In this document: piece after piece, positions 8,726 through 17,884 of the stretch
Layout: the number at the start of each line of letters is the position of its first letter
Position numbering within the stretch: the first letter of the stretch is position 1
Notes under the pieces: model-generated
Databases searched by the model: none
Told to the model about the DNA's origin: nothing
What the model saw: the letters and a program-made list of their open reading frames with translations, nothing else
Assembly: GCF_009557235.1 (NCBI RefSeq)
Contig: NZ_CP045650.1
Location: 2,280,001-2,312,000, forward strand
Direction of reading: 5' to 3'
DNA length: 32,000 nucleotides
Source: Acinetobacter wanghuae
GTDB lineage: Bacteria > Pseudomonadota > Gammaproteobacteria > Pseudomonadales > Moraxellaceae
Translations under genes and position numbers: made by a program

Positions 8726-10171
8726 TTAGTGACCTGAACCATTAATGGCTTTGGTCATATCCTCAACGACTTTCTTCGCATCACCAAAGATCATCATGGT
8801 CTTGTCGTTATAGAACAAGTCATTGTCTAGACCCGCATAACCGGTTGCCATTGAACGCTTGATCACCATAATGGTACGTGCTTTATGTGCTTCCAAAATC
8901 GGCATACCATAAATTGGAGATGATGGATCATCTTTTGCCGCAGGGTTCACCACGTCATTCGCACCAATCACCAGTACCACATCTGTTGCAGGGAAGTCAG
9001 AGTTAATCTCATCCATCTCTAGAATGTCTTCATAAGGGACATCGGCTTCAGCAAGCAAGACGTTCATATGACCCGGCATACGACCTGCCACAGGGTGAAT
9101 CGCAAAACGAACCGTTACGCCCTGCTCTTTCAGTAAGTTAGCTAACTCTTTTACTGCATTTTGTGCACGACCTTGCGCCATACCATAACCCGGCACAATC
9201 ACCACGCTATCCGCATTTGACATCAAGAAGCCTGCATCATCGGCAGAACCTGAACGATGGTTACGTGGTGCTTTATCGCCTGCATCTGCTGCTGCAACAG
9301 CTGCACCGCCCATTGCACCACCAAACAACACATTAATGATCGAGCGGTTCATTGCTTTACACATAATATAAGACAAAATTGCACCCGATGAACCTACAAG
9401 CGAGCCTGCAACAATCAACATGTTGTTTTCTAATGTGAAACCAATACCTGCTGCTGCCCAACCTGAGAATGAGTTCAGAAGCGATACCACAACCGGCATA
9501 TCACCGCCACCGACAGGTGCAATCCAGACCCAACCAAATACAAGTGCAAGACCTGTCATTGCCCAGAATGCAGTCATATCACCGGTTAAGAAGAATTGAA
9601 TACCGAAGCCAAGCATTGCAAGGAAAATGATGGCTTGTACAGGTTTAACCCATGCACCCGAAATCGTTTTTGCCCATTTCTTTGCTGCCAATTTACCGTA
9701 AGCAAACACAGATGCAGTAAAGGTAATTGCACCCACGAAACAGCCGACGAACAATTCAAACAGATGAACTTTGCTCATTTCATGGAAATTCACACCATTT
9801 GCTGCAAGTAAATCGGGACCCAACTCTGCAAGTTTATTGTTATGAATGATCGCAGCGACCGCAATTAAGACCGCAGCCAAACCCACAAGCGAGTGCATGA
9901 GTGCAACCGTTTCAGGCATTTGTGTCATTGGAACCGTACGTGCACGCGCAATACCGACTATCGCACCAAGTACCATTGCGCCGACAATCATCCAAACTAC
10001 AGGGCTGTCTGCCACAAAGAAGGTGGTTAAGACAGCAATCGCCATGGCGATCATACCGTAACGATTACCCGCAATTGCCGTTTTCGGACCAGACAAACCA
10101 CGAAGCGTTAAAATAAAAAGAATGGCACCAATCAGGTAGAACCAATTTGCATATTCACGAATGAAATCCAT
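8726..10171 (-). CDS. pntB: NAD(P) transhydrogenase subunit beta
   Basis: 481 aa with an N-terminal multi-TM domain and a C-terminal NADP(H)-binding domain dIII (VPGYGMA...HPVAGRMPGHMNVLLAEA...GANDVVNP). Confidence 0.95.
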   Translation of the reverse strand: MDFIREYANWFYLIGAILFILTLRGLSGPKTAIAGNRYGMIAMAIAVLTTFFVADSPVVWMIVGAMVLGAIVGIARARTVPMTQMPETVALMHSLVGLAAVLIAVAAIIHNNKLAELGPDLLAANGVNFHEMSKVHLFELFVGCFVGAITFTASVFAYGKLAAKKWAKTISGAWVKPVQAIIFLAMLGFGIQFFLTGDMTAFWAMTGLALVFGWVWIAPVGGGDMPVVVSLLNSFSGWAAAGIGFTLENNMLIVAGSLVGSSGAILSYIMCKAMNRSIINVLFGGAMGGAAVAAADAGDKAPRNHRSGSADDAGFLMSNADSVVIVPGYGMAQGRAQNAVKELANLLKEQGVTVRFAIHPVAGRMPGHMNVLLAEADVPYEDILEMDEINSDFPATDVVLVIGANDVVNPAAKDDPSSPIYGMPILEAHKARTIMVIKRSMATGYAGLDNDLFYNDKTMMIFGDAKKVVEDMTKAINGSGH

Positions 10172-10174
10172 GGC

Positions 10175-10498
10175 TTAACCCTCTTTTTTCTTTTGCTTCG
10201 GTTTAAACATTTCTAGCATACGTGCAGTTACTGCAAAGCCACCAAAAATATTAATACTTGCCAAGAACACTGCAATGGCACCCAGTACACTCACCACATT
10301 AATGGTTTGGAAATCAACATTGCCTTCAACACCAACAAGTGGCAGACCCACGGTTTGAATCATCGCACCGACAATAATGATCGATGATAATGCGTTGGTC
10401 ACTGCCATCAACGGCGTATGCAAAGCAGGCGTTACCCCCCAAACCACGTAGTAACCTACGAAGATGGCAAGAACAAAAATCGTAATCGTTTCAACCAT
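10175..10498 (-). CDS. pntAB: NAD(P) transhydrogenase subunit alpha part 2 (membrane)
   Basis: 107-aa protein with 3-4 TM segments, located between pntAA and pntB in the classic split-alpha arrangement. It lies 3 nt before the pntB start. Confidence 0.9.
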   Translation of the reverse strand: MVETITIFVLAIFVGYYVVWGVTPALHTPLMAVTNALSSIIIVGAMIQTVGLPLVGVEGNVDFQTINVVSVLGAIAVFLASINIFGGFAVTARMLEMFKPKQKKKEG

Positions 10499-10509
10499 GA
10501 CAGTTCTCC

Positions 10510-11637
10510 TTAACCACGTTTCAACAGCACTTGGCCGCCGTGTGTGATGAGTAATGCTTTTTGAATTTCTTCTTCTTGATTCAGGACAAAGTTTTTATCT
10601 GCATCAAACAAGGTTTCAACAAAATTGAAAACATTACGTGCATAAAGTGCAGATGCTTCTGTCGAAACGGTCGAAGGGATATTAGGAATACCGAGGATTT
10701 TCACACCGTTATCGGTCACCACGGTTTCACCGCATTTCGAACCTTCTACGTTACCGCCCGACTCCACCGCCATATCTAAAATGACTGAACCGGGTTTCAT
10801 TTTGGCAACTGTTTCAGAACGGATTAAACGTGGTGCATTACGACCCGGCAATAGTGCTGTGGTAATCACGATATCGGCATTCGATACGGCTTTATCCACA
10901 ATGGCAGCTTGGTCACGGATATATTCTTCACCCGGCATCCAGCCATAGCCATTCTTTGCAGCATCTGCGGCTTTTTGTTGTTCTTCGGCAGACATTGGTA
11001 CGTCTAACCATTTCCCGCCCAACGATTCCACCTGATCTTTCGCAGTTGGACGTAAGTCGGTCGCTTCAACAATGGCACCTAAACGTTTTGCGGTTGCAAT
11101 CGCTTGTAAGCCCGCAACACCGACACCCATAATCACAACACGTGCAGGTTTTACGGTTCCTGCCGCAGTCATCAGCATTGGGAACATACGTTGATATTCT
11201 GCTGCCGCCAACAATACAGATTTATAGCCTGCTAAGTTGGCCTGAGAAGACAAGACGTCCATGTTTTGCGCACGTGATAGCGTACGTGGCAAAAGCTCGA
11301 GTGCAAATGCAGACACATTCTGTGCCGCGAATTGGTCAAGTTCAGTATTACGGTATGGATCAAACATTGCCACAATAGTCGAGTTTGGGCTTAATTTTTG
11401 AATTTCAGAACCTTGCGGTGCGCGAACTTTCAAAATTAACTGACTACCAGTATAGGCATCATCCGTAATGTTGGCGCCAACTTGTTCATAAGCACTATCG
11501 ATATAGGCAGCTTTTACCCCTGCACCGCGTTCGATAACCACAGTATGACCTGCGCTGATCAATTTCTTTACTGTCTCAGGCGTCGCAGCGACGCGATTTT
11601 CACCGACAACAGTTTCGGTTGGAATTCCGATCTGCAT
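10510..11637 (-). CDS. pntAA: NAD(P) transhydrogenase subunit alpha part 1 (dI, alanine-dehydrogenase-like)
   Basis: 375 aa: [26 protein letters not shown]..., Rossmann motif [30 protein letters not shown] lies 6 nt upstream. Confidence 0.95.
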   Translation of the reverse strand: MQIGIPTETVVGENRVAATPETVKKLISAGHTVVIERGAGVKAAYIDSAYEQVGANITDDAYTGSQLILKVRAPQGSEIQKLSPNSTIVAMFDPYRNTELDQFAAQNVSAFALELLPRTLSRAQNMDVLSSQANLAGYKSVLLAAAEYQRMFPMLMTAAGTVKPARVVIMGVGVAGLQAIATAKRLGAIVEATDLRPTAKDQVESLGGKWLDVPMSAEEQQKAADAAKNGYGWMPGEEYIRDQAAIVDKAVSNADIVITTALLPGRNAPRLIRSETVAKMKPGSVILDMAVESGGNVEGSKCGETVVTDNGVKILGIPNIPSTVSTEASALYARNVFNFVETLFDADKNFVLNQEEEIQKALLITHGGQVLLKRG

Positions 11638-12106
11638 GAGCGTTCCTCAAGCTAATTATTCTTAAGTCAACATCGCTTAAAAACGATGCGTCCCCTCAGG
11701 ATGTTTTTTGTTGAATTTTTGGATTCTAAATAAACTTTTTTAAAATACTACCCAATATTTATTTAATAAATGACCATATATTGAACTGATGATTCATAAA
11801 AAGAATGCTGTAATGGCGCACATCTATCTCTTTCTAAAAAGGCAAATTTTAGATTAGATTGAAATACACCATTAGATTTTTCTAAAATCCAAGACAATTC
11901 AGCTGCCTTATTTTGCTTATCTTTATACTTATTTTGTTACATTGATCTTTCTGACATTTTGGACTGAAAAATTAGCCGCTCATTTCAAAGCTAGACCTTT
12001 TGGTTTTACTCGAGAATAAAGGTTTTTATCACGGGTAAATTTTCATCTTGACCTGAATGACAATATAGACCGCTCTTTGGCGATACATTTTTAGTCTTAA
12101 CTTTTA

Positions 12107-12126
12107 CGCAGCTTCTGCTGAATAAA
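12107..12126 (+). repeat. Copy 1 of a 20-nt motif CGCAGCTTctGCTGAATAAA
   Basis: Matches 12491..12510 at 18 of 20 positions. Contains the imperfect palindrome CAGC-TTCT-GCTG. Confidence 0.8.
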
Positions 12127-12490
12127 ATTGCAGTCTGCACATATCTTTCATATTTTCCTCTCAATAATCGAGTTGACATACCCGATAAGAATACGTGGAA
12201 GATGTATTGCTTTTATGTACTTTCTACTGCTTAAAAAAACATGAATAAATATTTTTGATATTCAGCAATGAAATGTTCAAGCAAGATTTTGCTGACCACT
12301 TTTGCACCATTTTAGTTCATGTTTTTTAAATAGTCGGATTTTATCTATACATTTCCGCTTTAGAGAATAGTCTTTAGGCTTTAAGTTGATGACCTCAGTT
12401 CAAGGGTGAAATATAAATGTTTTATTCTCCAGTTTGCTTTGAAATGCAAAATATCTTTACTTTAATCCTGACTATTTTTGTCCTATAGTT

Positions 12491-12510
12491 CGCAGCTTAA
12501 GCTGAATAAA
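12491..12510 (+). repeat. Copy 2 of the 20-nt motif CGCAGCTTaaGCTGAATAAA, 24 nt upstream of the MFS start codon
   Basis: Contains the perfect 12-nt palindrome CAGCTTAAGCTG. The position is operator-like, lying between a presumptive promoter and the MFS SD/ATG. Confidence 0.8.
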
Positions 12511-12533
12511 TCGCGTTCAATAAGGTTATCTCC

Positions 12534-13733
12534 ATGCCGACTCCCCTTGATATTAGTCATAACAAACCCTTGTTGTGGTTGATGGCAGTGACCTGCGGTT
12601 TATGCGCTGGGGCAAACTATTATTGCCAACCTTTAATCTCAAGTATTCAGTACTATTATCAAGTGCCTGAATCACAAGTGGCATTAACGGTGACCTTTGC
12701 GCAAGTGTCCTATGCACTCGGCTTATTGTTTATTGTGCCTTTAGGCGACATGCTCAATAAAACGAAATTAATTCCTTTTTTGATGATGGGGGCTGCTGTT
12801 GGACTGTTTGTCTGTGCACTTGCCGTCAATATTCAAATGCTATGGTTAGGGACAATTATTGCAGGACTATTTTCAGTGGCGGCTCAGGTACTCATTCCGC
12901 TTGCAGCCATGGCGGTTAAACCTGAAAAAACTGGTGAAGTCGTCGGTTTTCTCATGAGCGGCTTATTGGTCGGCATTTTACTGTCTACCAGTATTGCAGG
13001 TTTATTGTCCGATTTATTCCATTGGAAACTCATCTATATCTTAAGTGGCATATCAATGTTGACGCTGAGCGTTTATCTAAAAGGTAAATTGCCAGCCATG
13101 CCGAAATTCAAAATCACCTATGCCGCAATTTTCCAATCCATGGCACAACTCCTACAACAAGAGCCACGCTTGGTACTGCGCTCAATGATTGGCGCGTGTG
13201 CCTTTGCTGCCATGAGTATGCTGTTTTCTACCATTGCATTACTACTGACTCAAAAACCCTTTGAACTGTCAGATGTTTGGGTCGGACTGGTTACTTTAGT
13301 AGGCGTGTTTGGCGCGCTCTCTACCCAATTCATTGGCAAATGGGCAGATCGTGGCTATATCAAATTACTCTCTTGGATTGGGTGTTCCATCTTAGCGGGA
13401 AGTTGGCTATTACTGTATTTTGGTAGCGTGTCATTATTCAGTTATGTCAGCGGTTATGGTCTGATTAATTTAGGTTTAGCCATGACCCACAGTTGCAATC
13501 AAAATGTAATTTTCCGCCTGCGACCGAATGCTAAATCACGAATTAATTCTATTTACATGACGCTATATTTTATTGGCGGGGCTTGCGGTTCTGCCTTAGG
13601 TGTCTATGCATGGCATTTAGGCGGTTGGCATTACACCTGTTACTTTGGGCTAGCATTGGCTTTAACTGCTGCTTTATTCAATCTGGTCGATCAATACGTT
13701 CATGCCAAACAAAGCCCTTCTACTTCCGCTTAA
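12534..13733 (+). CDS. MFS transporter (12-TM)
   Basis: 399 aa, hydrophobic throughout with roughly 12 predicted TM helices and an MFS loop motif (PLGDMLNKTK between TM2 and TM3). Confidence 0.85.
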   Translation: MPTPLDISHNKPLLWLMAVTCGLCAGANYYCQPLISSIQYYYQVPESQVALTVTFAQVSYALGLLFIVPLGDMLNKTKLIPFLMMGAAVGLFVCALAVNIQMLWLGTIIAGLFSVAAQVLIPLAAMAVKPEKTGEVVGFLMSGLLVGILLSTSIAGLLSDLFHWKLIYILSGISMLTLSVYLKGKLPAMPKFKITYAAIFQSMAQLLQQEPRLVLRSMIGACAFAAMSMLFSTIALLLTQKPFELSDVWVGLVTLVGVFGALSTQFIGKWADRGYIKLLSWIGCSILAGSWLLLYFGSVSLFSYVSGYGLINLGLAMTHSCNQNVIFRLRPNAKSRINSIYMTLYFIGGACGSALGVYAWHLGGWHYTCYFGLALALTAALFNLVDQYVHAKQSPSTSA

Positions 13734-14389
13734 CTAAATTGCTGCATGGGATAATACGGTTTAGGAAAACGGATGATGTCGGTATTTTCCAATACAATCA
13801 GCATAAAAATAGGCAACAATCGATTCAGCAAAGTACAACTTTCATTAAGTGGCTTTCGATTCATATCACTTTGGTAGCTTGAGCCGCCATTGATGATTTG
13901 CTTATTGAGCATATAAAAACGTGCAAATAATGACTGTAAAATCTGAGTTATATTCTGCTGTTCAAAAGCAGCTCGAATATTCGATTGATCTTGCTGTAAT
14001 TGCTGCTGACACACCTCTAAAGGAATGATTTTATTTTGGTAATCCCAATAGCTTTGGGTTAAATACTTATTTTCTAACAGTGATATAACGCACTGCCGAT
14101 ATTGTCCTGAAATAAATGTCTCAATTTTCCGATATTGATCTTTGATCACAATGGCGGTTAAAAAAGCATTTAAACACTGAGCATTATCTGTTTGTTCTGC
14201 TTCTTGCTGATATAGCGCATTCAAGCAAATCCAAAAACTTAAAAACTGCAGATCAAGATCCTGATCAAGGCTATTGGCTTTGTTAAACCAACTGAATGCA
14301 CGCTGTATACGCAGCTTTAGATCAGCTGAATATTGAGGTTTTTGCTCCTTAAAAATTTCTTCTAAAAGTTGCAATCGTATCTCCCTCAT
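13730..14389 (-). CDS. Hypothetical 219-aa protein, possibly a degenerate HEPN-like fold
   Basis: Clean ORF that looks helical, with no TM segment. The segment FYMLNKQIINGGSSYQSDMNRKP resembles, from memory, the ...LRNQLxHGGATW...NR signature of a stand-alone HEPN-type family, but the R and H positions are both N here. The protein contains no histidine at all. Confidence 0.6.
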   Translation of the reverse strand: MREIRLQLLEEIFKEQKPQYSADLKLRIQRAFSWFNKANSLDQDLDLQFLSFWICLNALYQQEAEQTDNAQCLNAFLTAIVIKDQYRKIETFISGQYRQCVISLLENKYLTQSYWDYQNKIIPLEVCQQQLQQDQSNIRAAFEQQNITQILQSLFARFYMLNKQIINGGSSYQSDMNRKPLNESCTLLNRLLPIFMLIVLENTDIIRFPKPYYPMQQFS

Positions 14390-14685
14390 CGTTATTTATG
14401 TTTATTCTTCAATCTATTTATAGCAGTAAAACAGAGCACTTCAATGAATAGCGCGTTCAATTTTAAAAATTTACTTTTCCACAAAGCCTGTCTACAACTG
14501 CTATCAATTTGATGATTTGAATTGCACGATCCTAGGCAACATCATGCAGCACTACATTCAGTGCAGCGCTAAAAATCCGAGTTGGATTTTTTATGCTAAT
14601 ATTGCGCCCTAATTTTACGGACCGACCGATACTTTTATATCGTGCTGTGTTTTTGTCCTCCCATCTTCATAAGGCGTGACTTTGA

Positions 14686-15705
14686 ATGACTGATCTGAAT
14701 TCCATTGAACATAAACTTCAACCGCGAATTAGTGTTGCTCCGATGATGGATTGGACCACAAAGGATTATCGTTATTTCGCCCGTTTATTTAATCCAAATG
14801 TTATTATGTATACCGAAATGGTCACCACAGGTGCCATTATTCATGGCGATGCCAAACGTCATTTAGACTTCAATGGCGAGGAACATCCAATTGTGTTGCA
14901 GCTCGGTGGTTCAAATCCGCAAGATTTAGCGACTTGTACGAAAATGGCACAAGATTGGGGCTATAACGAAGTTAATCTCAATGTCGGCTGCCCGAGCGAT
15001 CGCGTACAAAATAATAAAATCGGTGCCTGCTTAATGGCAGAGCCTGAATTAGTCGCTGAATGTATTGGCGAGATGCAAAACGCGGTGGATATTCCGGTGA
15101 CGGTCAAACACCGTATCGGCATTGATGATATGCAGTCTTATGAAGAAATGCTGAACTTTGTTGATACTGTGGCAAAAACTGGCTGCAATAATTTTATTGT
15201 GCATGCACGTATTGCCTTGCTAAAAGGTTTATCACCGAAAGAAAACCGTGATGTGCCGCCACTGCGTTATGAAGATGTTTATCGTTTAAAACAAGATCGC
15301 CCTGAACTGTTGATTGAAATCAATGGTGGTGTGAAAACTTATGCCGAAACACTTGAACATTTAAAACATGTCGATGGTGTGATGATTGGTCGCGAGGCGT
15401 ATCACAACCCTTACTTGTTGGCTGAAATCGGTCAGCTATGGAACTTAGAAGCACCAGATCGCTTTGACATTATGCAGCAGATGATGCCGTATATTGCACA
15501 GCGCGTTGCTGAAGGTGCGCCACTTTCAATTATCACACGTCATATTTTAGGTTTATTCCAAAACTTGCCGGGCGCACGCAAATGGCGTCAAGCGTTAAGT
15601 GGCGGCAATGCCAAAACCTTAAAAGATGTTGAAAATGCGCTAATCAACATACAAGAAGCCATGAGACGTACAGAAGATTATCTTCGTGACAATCAAGCGC
15701 AATAA
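14686..15705 (+). CDS. dusA: tRNA-dihydrouridine(20/20a) synthase
   Basis: 339 aa: RISVAPMMDWTTKDYRYFARL..., NLNVGCPSDRVQ catalytic cysteine loop, HARIA.LKGLSPKENR. Typical DusA, and it appears full length. Confidence 0.93.
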   Translation: MTDLNSIEHKLQPRISVAPMMDWTTKDYRYFARLFNPNVIMYTEMVTTGAIIHGDAKRHLDFNGEEHPIVLQLGGSNPQDLATCTKMAQDWGYNEVNLNVGCPSDRVQNNKIGACLMAEPELVAECIGEMQNAVDIPVTVKHRIGIDDMQSYEEMLNFVDTVAKTGCNNFIVHARIALLKGLSPKENRDVPPLRYEDVYRLKQDRPELLIEINGGVKTYAETLEHLKHVDGVMIGREAYHNPYLLAEIGQLWNLEAPDRFDIMQQMMPYIAQRVAEGAPLSIITRHILGLFQNLPGARKWRQALSGGNAKTLKDVENALINIQEAMRRTEDYLRDNQAQ

Positions 15706-15714
15706 CATTTAAAT

Positions 15715-15742
15715 CAAAAAGCACCGAATTCGGTGCTTTTTT
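15715..15742. terminator. Bidirectional Rho-independent terminator between dusA and the convergent lipoprotein gene
   Basis: AAAAAGCACCG-aatt-CGGTGCTTTTTTT. Confidence 0.85.
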
Positions 15743-15754
15743 TACGAATCTTAT

Positions 15755-16291
15755 TTATTGAGTGTAAGCATTGATGTTGCCAACGGGATAAGGTTTTTCA
15801 TCATAATTTGGCTTTGGCATCTTTTGTTCTTGTTGAGCTATAGATCCTTGCGCCATCGCACCAGTTGCAACATTCTCTTGTTGTACACTTGCTTTTGCAG
15901 ACAAGTCATCTTGCTCTAAAGACAATATAATTTGTTCAAGCTCTCGATCAAGCTGTTGGCGATACTTTTCAATTTCGATTTCATCAATAAAAGTAAACGC
16001 TTCTTCCGCAATATGCCAGCTAAACCCCGTTTTGGATTTTTGAATATTTACATCAATTACAAAAGGTTGACCCTGATATTTAAGTTTGGAAATCGCCTTA
16101 AATTCATTGCCTTTTCGTTCTGTAATTTGGACATCTTCGACAATTAAATGATATTTCTTATACTCAGTATTGGCATTAAATTCACGCTGCATTTGAAGTT
16201 CAACATGCTGTGCCAATTCCTCAATGGAGACAAAATAACTACATGCGGTGCTCAGCAACATACAGAGCAATAAAACACCTTTATACATCAT
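15755..16291 (-). CDS. Putative lipoprotein with a Gln/Glu-rich C-terminal region
   Basis: The N-terminus MMYKGVLLLCMLLSTAC carries a lipobox (LSTA-C). No homology recognised. The second ATG (16288) has better spacing to the GGAG sequence. Confidence 0.7.
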   Translation of the reverse strand: MMYKGVLLLCMLLSTACSYFVSIEELAQHVELQMQREFNANTEYKKYHLIVEDVQITERKGNEFKAISKLKYQGQPFVIDVNIQKSKTGFSWHIAEEAFTFIDEIEIEKYRQQLDRELEQIILSLEQDDLSAKASVQQENVATGAMAQGSIAQQEQKMPKPNYDEKPYPVGNINAYTQ

Positions 16292-16295
16292 GTCT

Positions 16296-16303
16296 CCCCC
16301 CCC
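16296..16303 (-). repeat. Homopolymeric G8 tract (C8 on the plus strand) in the ribosome-binding region of the lipoprotein gene
   Basis: The minus strand reads TTAAGGGGGGGGAGACATGATG. The tract ends 4 nt before the first ATG. Confidence 0.9.
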
Positions 16304-16454
16304 TTAAATCAGCGCAAATATAATTCGCCACTGAATACCTATTTTTATTATGCCTTTTTATTTTAAATACTTTTCTGTCGATAAAACAGTCATCATCATG
16401 ATATTTCGATGAATCTCACAGTCATCAATTTTAATCTTATGGTAAAACGCACAT

Positions 16455-16484
16455 AAAAAAGCCCCGATTATTCAGGGCTTTTTA
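16455..16484 (-). terminator. Rho-independent terminator downstream of coaBC
   Basis: The minus strand reads AAAAAGCCC-tgaataatcg-GGGCTTTTTT. Confidence 0.75.
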
Positions 16485-16496
16485 ACAAGCTAGCTA

Positions 16497-17771
16497 TTAG
16501 AAATCATCTTCGCTTTGAACAACATGGGTTAAAGCATCATGAATGGCTTCTACCAATTGCTGCGCAATTTCTTGCTTTGATGCTTTTTCCAAATCACGTT
16601 GATCGAGCTGATATTGCTCAGCAAAGAACACGGTCATGGCATTTTCATCCGAAGCAAAGCCAATATCGGCACGTGATACATCATTGCAGGCGATCATATC
16701 AAGTTTTTTAGCCACTAACTTGCCTGCGGCATAAGCTTCAATATTCTGCGTCTCTGCTGCAAATCCGACCATAAATGGACGCTTTTCTTGCTGTGCAATG
16801 GTCGCCACAATATCCGGATTTTTGATCAATGCGACATTGAGCTCATCCCCTGCTTTTTTAATTTTATGCTCAGCCACTTGTGCTACACGATAATCGGCTA
16901 CAGCAGCAGTGGCGATAAAAATATCACAGCCATCATCGAGTTTTTTCATGCTTTCATCGAGCATTTGCATCGCTGAGGCCACATTTTTACGTTTTACCCC
17001 ATTGGGCGTATCGAGACTGACAGGTCCTGCAATTAAGGTCACTTCTGCGCCTACCGCATAACAAGCTGCTGCCAAGGAGAAGCCCATTTTACCCGTACTA
17101 TGATTGGAAATATATCGCACAGGATCAATCGCTTCACGGGTTGGACCCGCAGTAATCGTGACTTTTTTACCCGCGAGTAAACCAAACTTTTCCGCAATCG
17201 CGCGTTGTGCTTTATGGAAATATTCGGTGACTTGACGTGCGATATCTTCAGGTTCAGGCATACGTCCTAAACCGACATCACCACAGGCTTGTGAACCTGC
17301 ATCGGGCATAATGACGTGTACACCATCTTCAATCAATGTCGCAAGATTGCGTTGAGTCGCTTTGGCTGCCCACATTTGTTGATTCATGGCAGGTGCCACC
17401 CATACCGGTGCTTTGGTTGCCAAGTACAAGGTACTGAGCAAATCATCTGCGAGCCCTGCCGCAAATTTTGCCAAAGTATCGCAACTTGCAGGTGCGACCA
17501 ACACTAAATCAGCCCAACGTGCCAATTCAATATGTCCCATGCCTGCTTCAGCTTCGGGATTGAGCAAATCGGTGTGTACAGGATTGCCTGAAAGTGCTTG
17601 AAATGTCAGTGGCGTGATAAAGGCTTTAGCACCATCCGTCATGACCACACGCACATTAAAACCGGCGTCTTTTAAGCGACGAACGAGAATTGCACTTTTA
17701 TACGCAGCAATACCACCCGTTACGGCTAAAATAATATTTTTATGAGGAATAACGCTGAGATCGAAGCTCAC
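16497..17771 (-). CDS. coaBC: Bifunctional phosphopantothenoylcysteine decarboxylase / phosphopantothenate-cysteine ligase
   Basis: 424 aa with an N-terminal flavoprotein domain (ILAVTGGIAAYKS...) and a C-terminal CoaB domain (ITAGPTREAIDPVRYISNHSTGKMG...AAVADY). Confidence 0.95.
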   Translation of the reverse strand: MSFDLSVIPHKNIILAVTGGIAAYKSAILVRRLKDAGFNVRVVMTDGAKAFITPLTFQALSGNPVHTDLLNPEAEAGMGHIELARWADLVLVAPASCDTLAKFAAGLADDLLSTLYLATKAPVWVAPAMNQQMWAAKATQRNLATLIEDGVHVIMPDAGSQACGDVGLGRMPEPEDIARQVTEYFHKAQRAIAEKFGLLAGKKVTITAGPTREAIDPVRYISNHSTGKMGFSLAAACYAVGAEVTLIAGPVSLDTPNGVKRKNVASAMQMLDESMKKLDDGCDIFIATAAVADYRVAQVAEHKIKKAGDELNVALIKNPDIVATIAQQEKRPFMVGFAAETQNIEAYAAGKLVAKKLDMIACNDVSRADIGFASDENAMTVFFAEQYQLDQRDLEKASKQEIAQQLVEAIHDALTHVVQSEDDF

Positions 17772-17884
17772 GAACAGGTCACCTTTCTGTTGCAGTGGCG
17801 CTCACAATAGCATTAAATAATCGCATCCCCAAGCATCCAACTTGTGGTAAACCCCATAATTTATAATAAATAAGTCTAATAACT

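Noticed and set aside
9596-10116. Three plus-strand ORFs of 71 aa (9596..9811, 9846..10061, 9901..10116) antisense to pntB. Similar antisense ORFs lie inside gacS (1683..1931), the crotonase gene (3538..3741), hyi (5703..5946), pntAA (10561..10779, 11142..11378), coaBC, mnmC, the hydrolase gene and others.
   Set aside because: All lie wholly inside strongly supported genes on the opposite strand or in another frame. Their translations are compositionally odd (Cys/Arg/Thr-rich) and they lack SD sequences. These are typical shadow ORFs.
11669-11712. Hairpin(s) plus T-run on the plus strand just beyond the pntAA start (ACATCG-cttaaaaa-CGATG...GATGTTTTTTG), considered as a plus-strand terminator.
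   Set aside because: No plus-strand gene ends there. The element lies in the pntAA 5'UTR/promoter region and the alternative stems are only 5 bp, so it is more likely incidental or part of the pntAA leader.
12106-12533. Mini-ORFs on the minus strand overlapping the two 20-nt repeat copies (MKDMCRLQFYSAEAA with a GAGAGG SD, and MEITLLNAIYSA), considered as leader peptides.
   Set aside because: The shared YSA residues are simply a consequence of the DNA repeat. The second mini-ORF starts inside the MFS start region on the opposite strand, and neither is positioned sensibly relative to pntAA, which is more than 450 nt away.
14546-14592. Two small hairpins followed by a T-run upstream of dusA (GCACT-acattc-AGTGC, then AAAATCC-gagtt-GGATTTT TT), considered as an orphan terminator or sRNA 3' end.
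   Set aside because: The stems are short (5 bp) or almost entirely A:U (2 GC pairs). No upstream promoter or conserved structure can be argued from the sequence alone, so this is too weak to call.
13730-14700. Possible dusA-targeted integrative element, since the dusA 5' end is a known integration hotspot and the upstream gene is an AT-rich unknown.
   Set aside because: No integrase, excisionase or direct repeat of the dusA 5' end is visible. dusA appears full length with a normal N-terminus, and only one small gene lies between dusA and the MFS gene.
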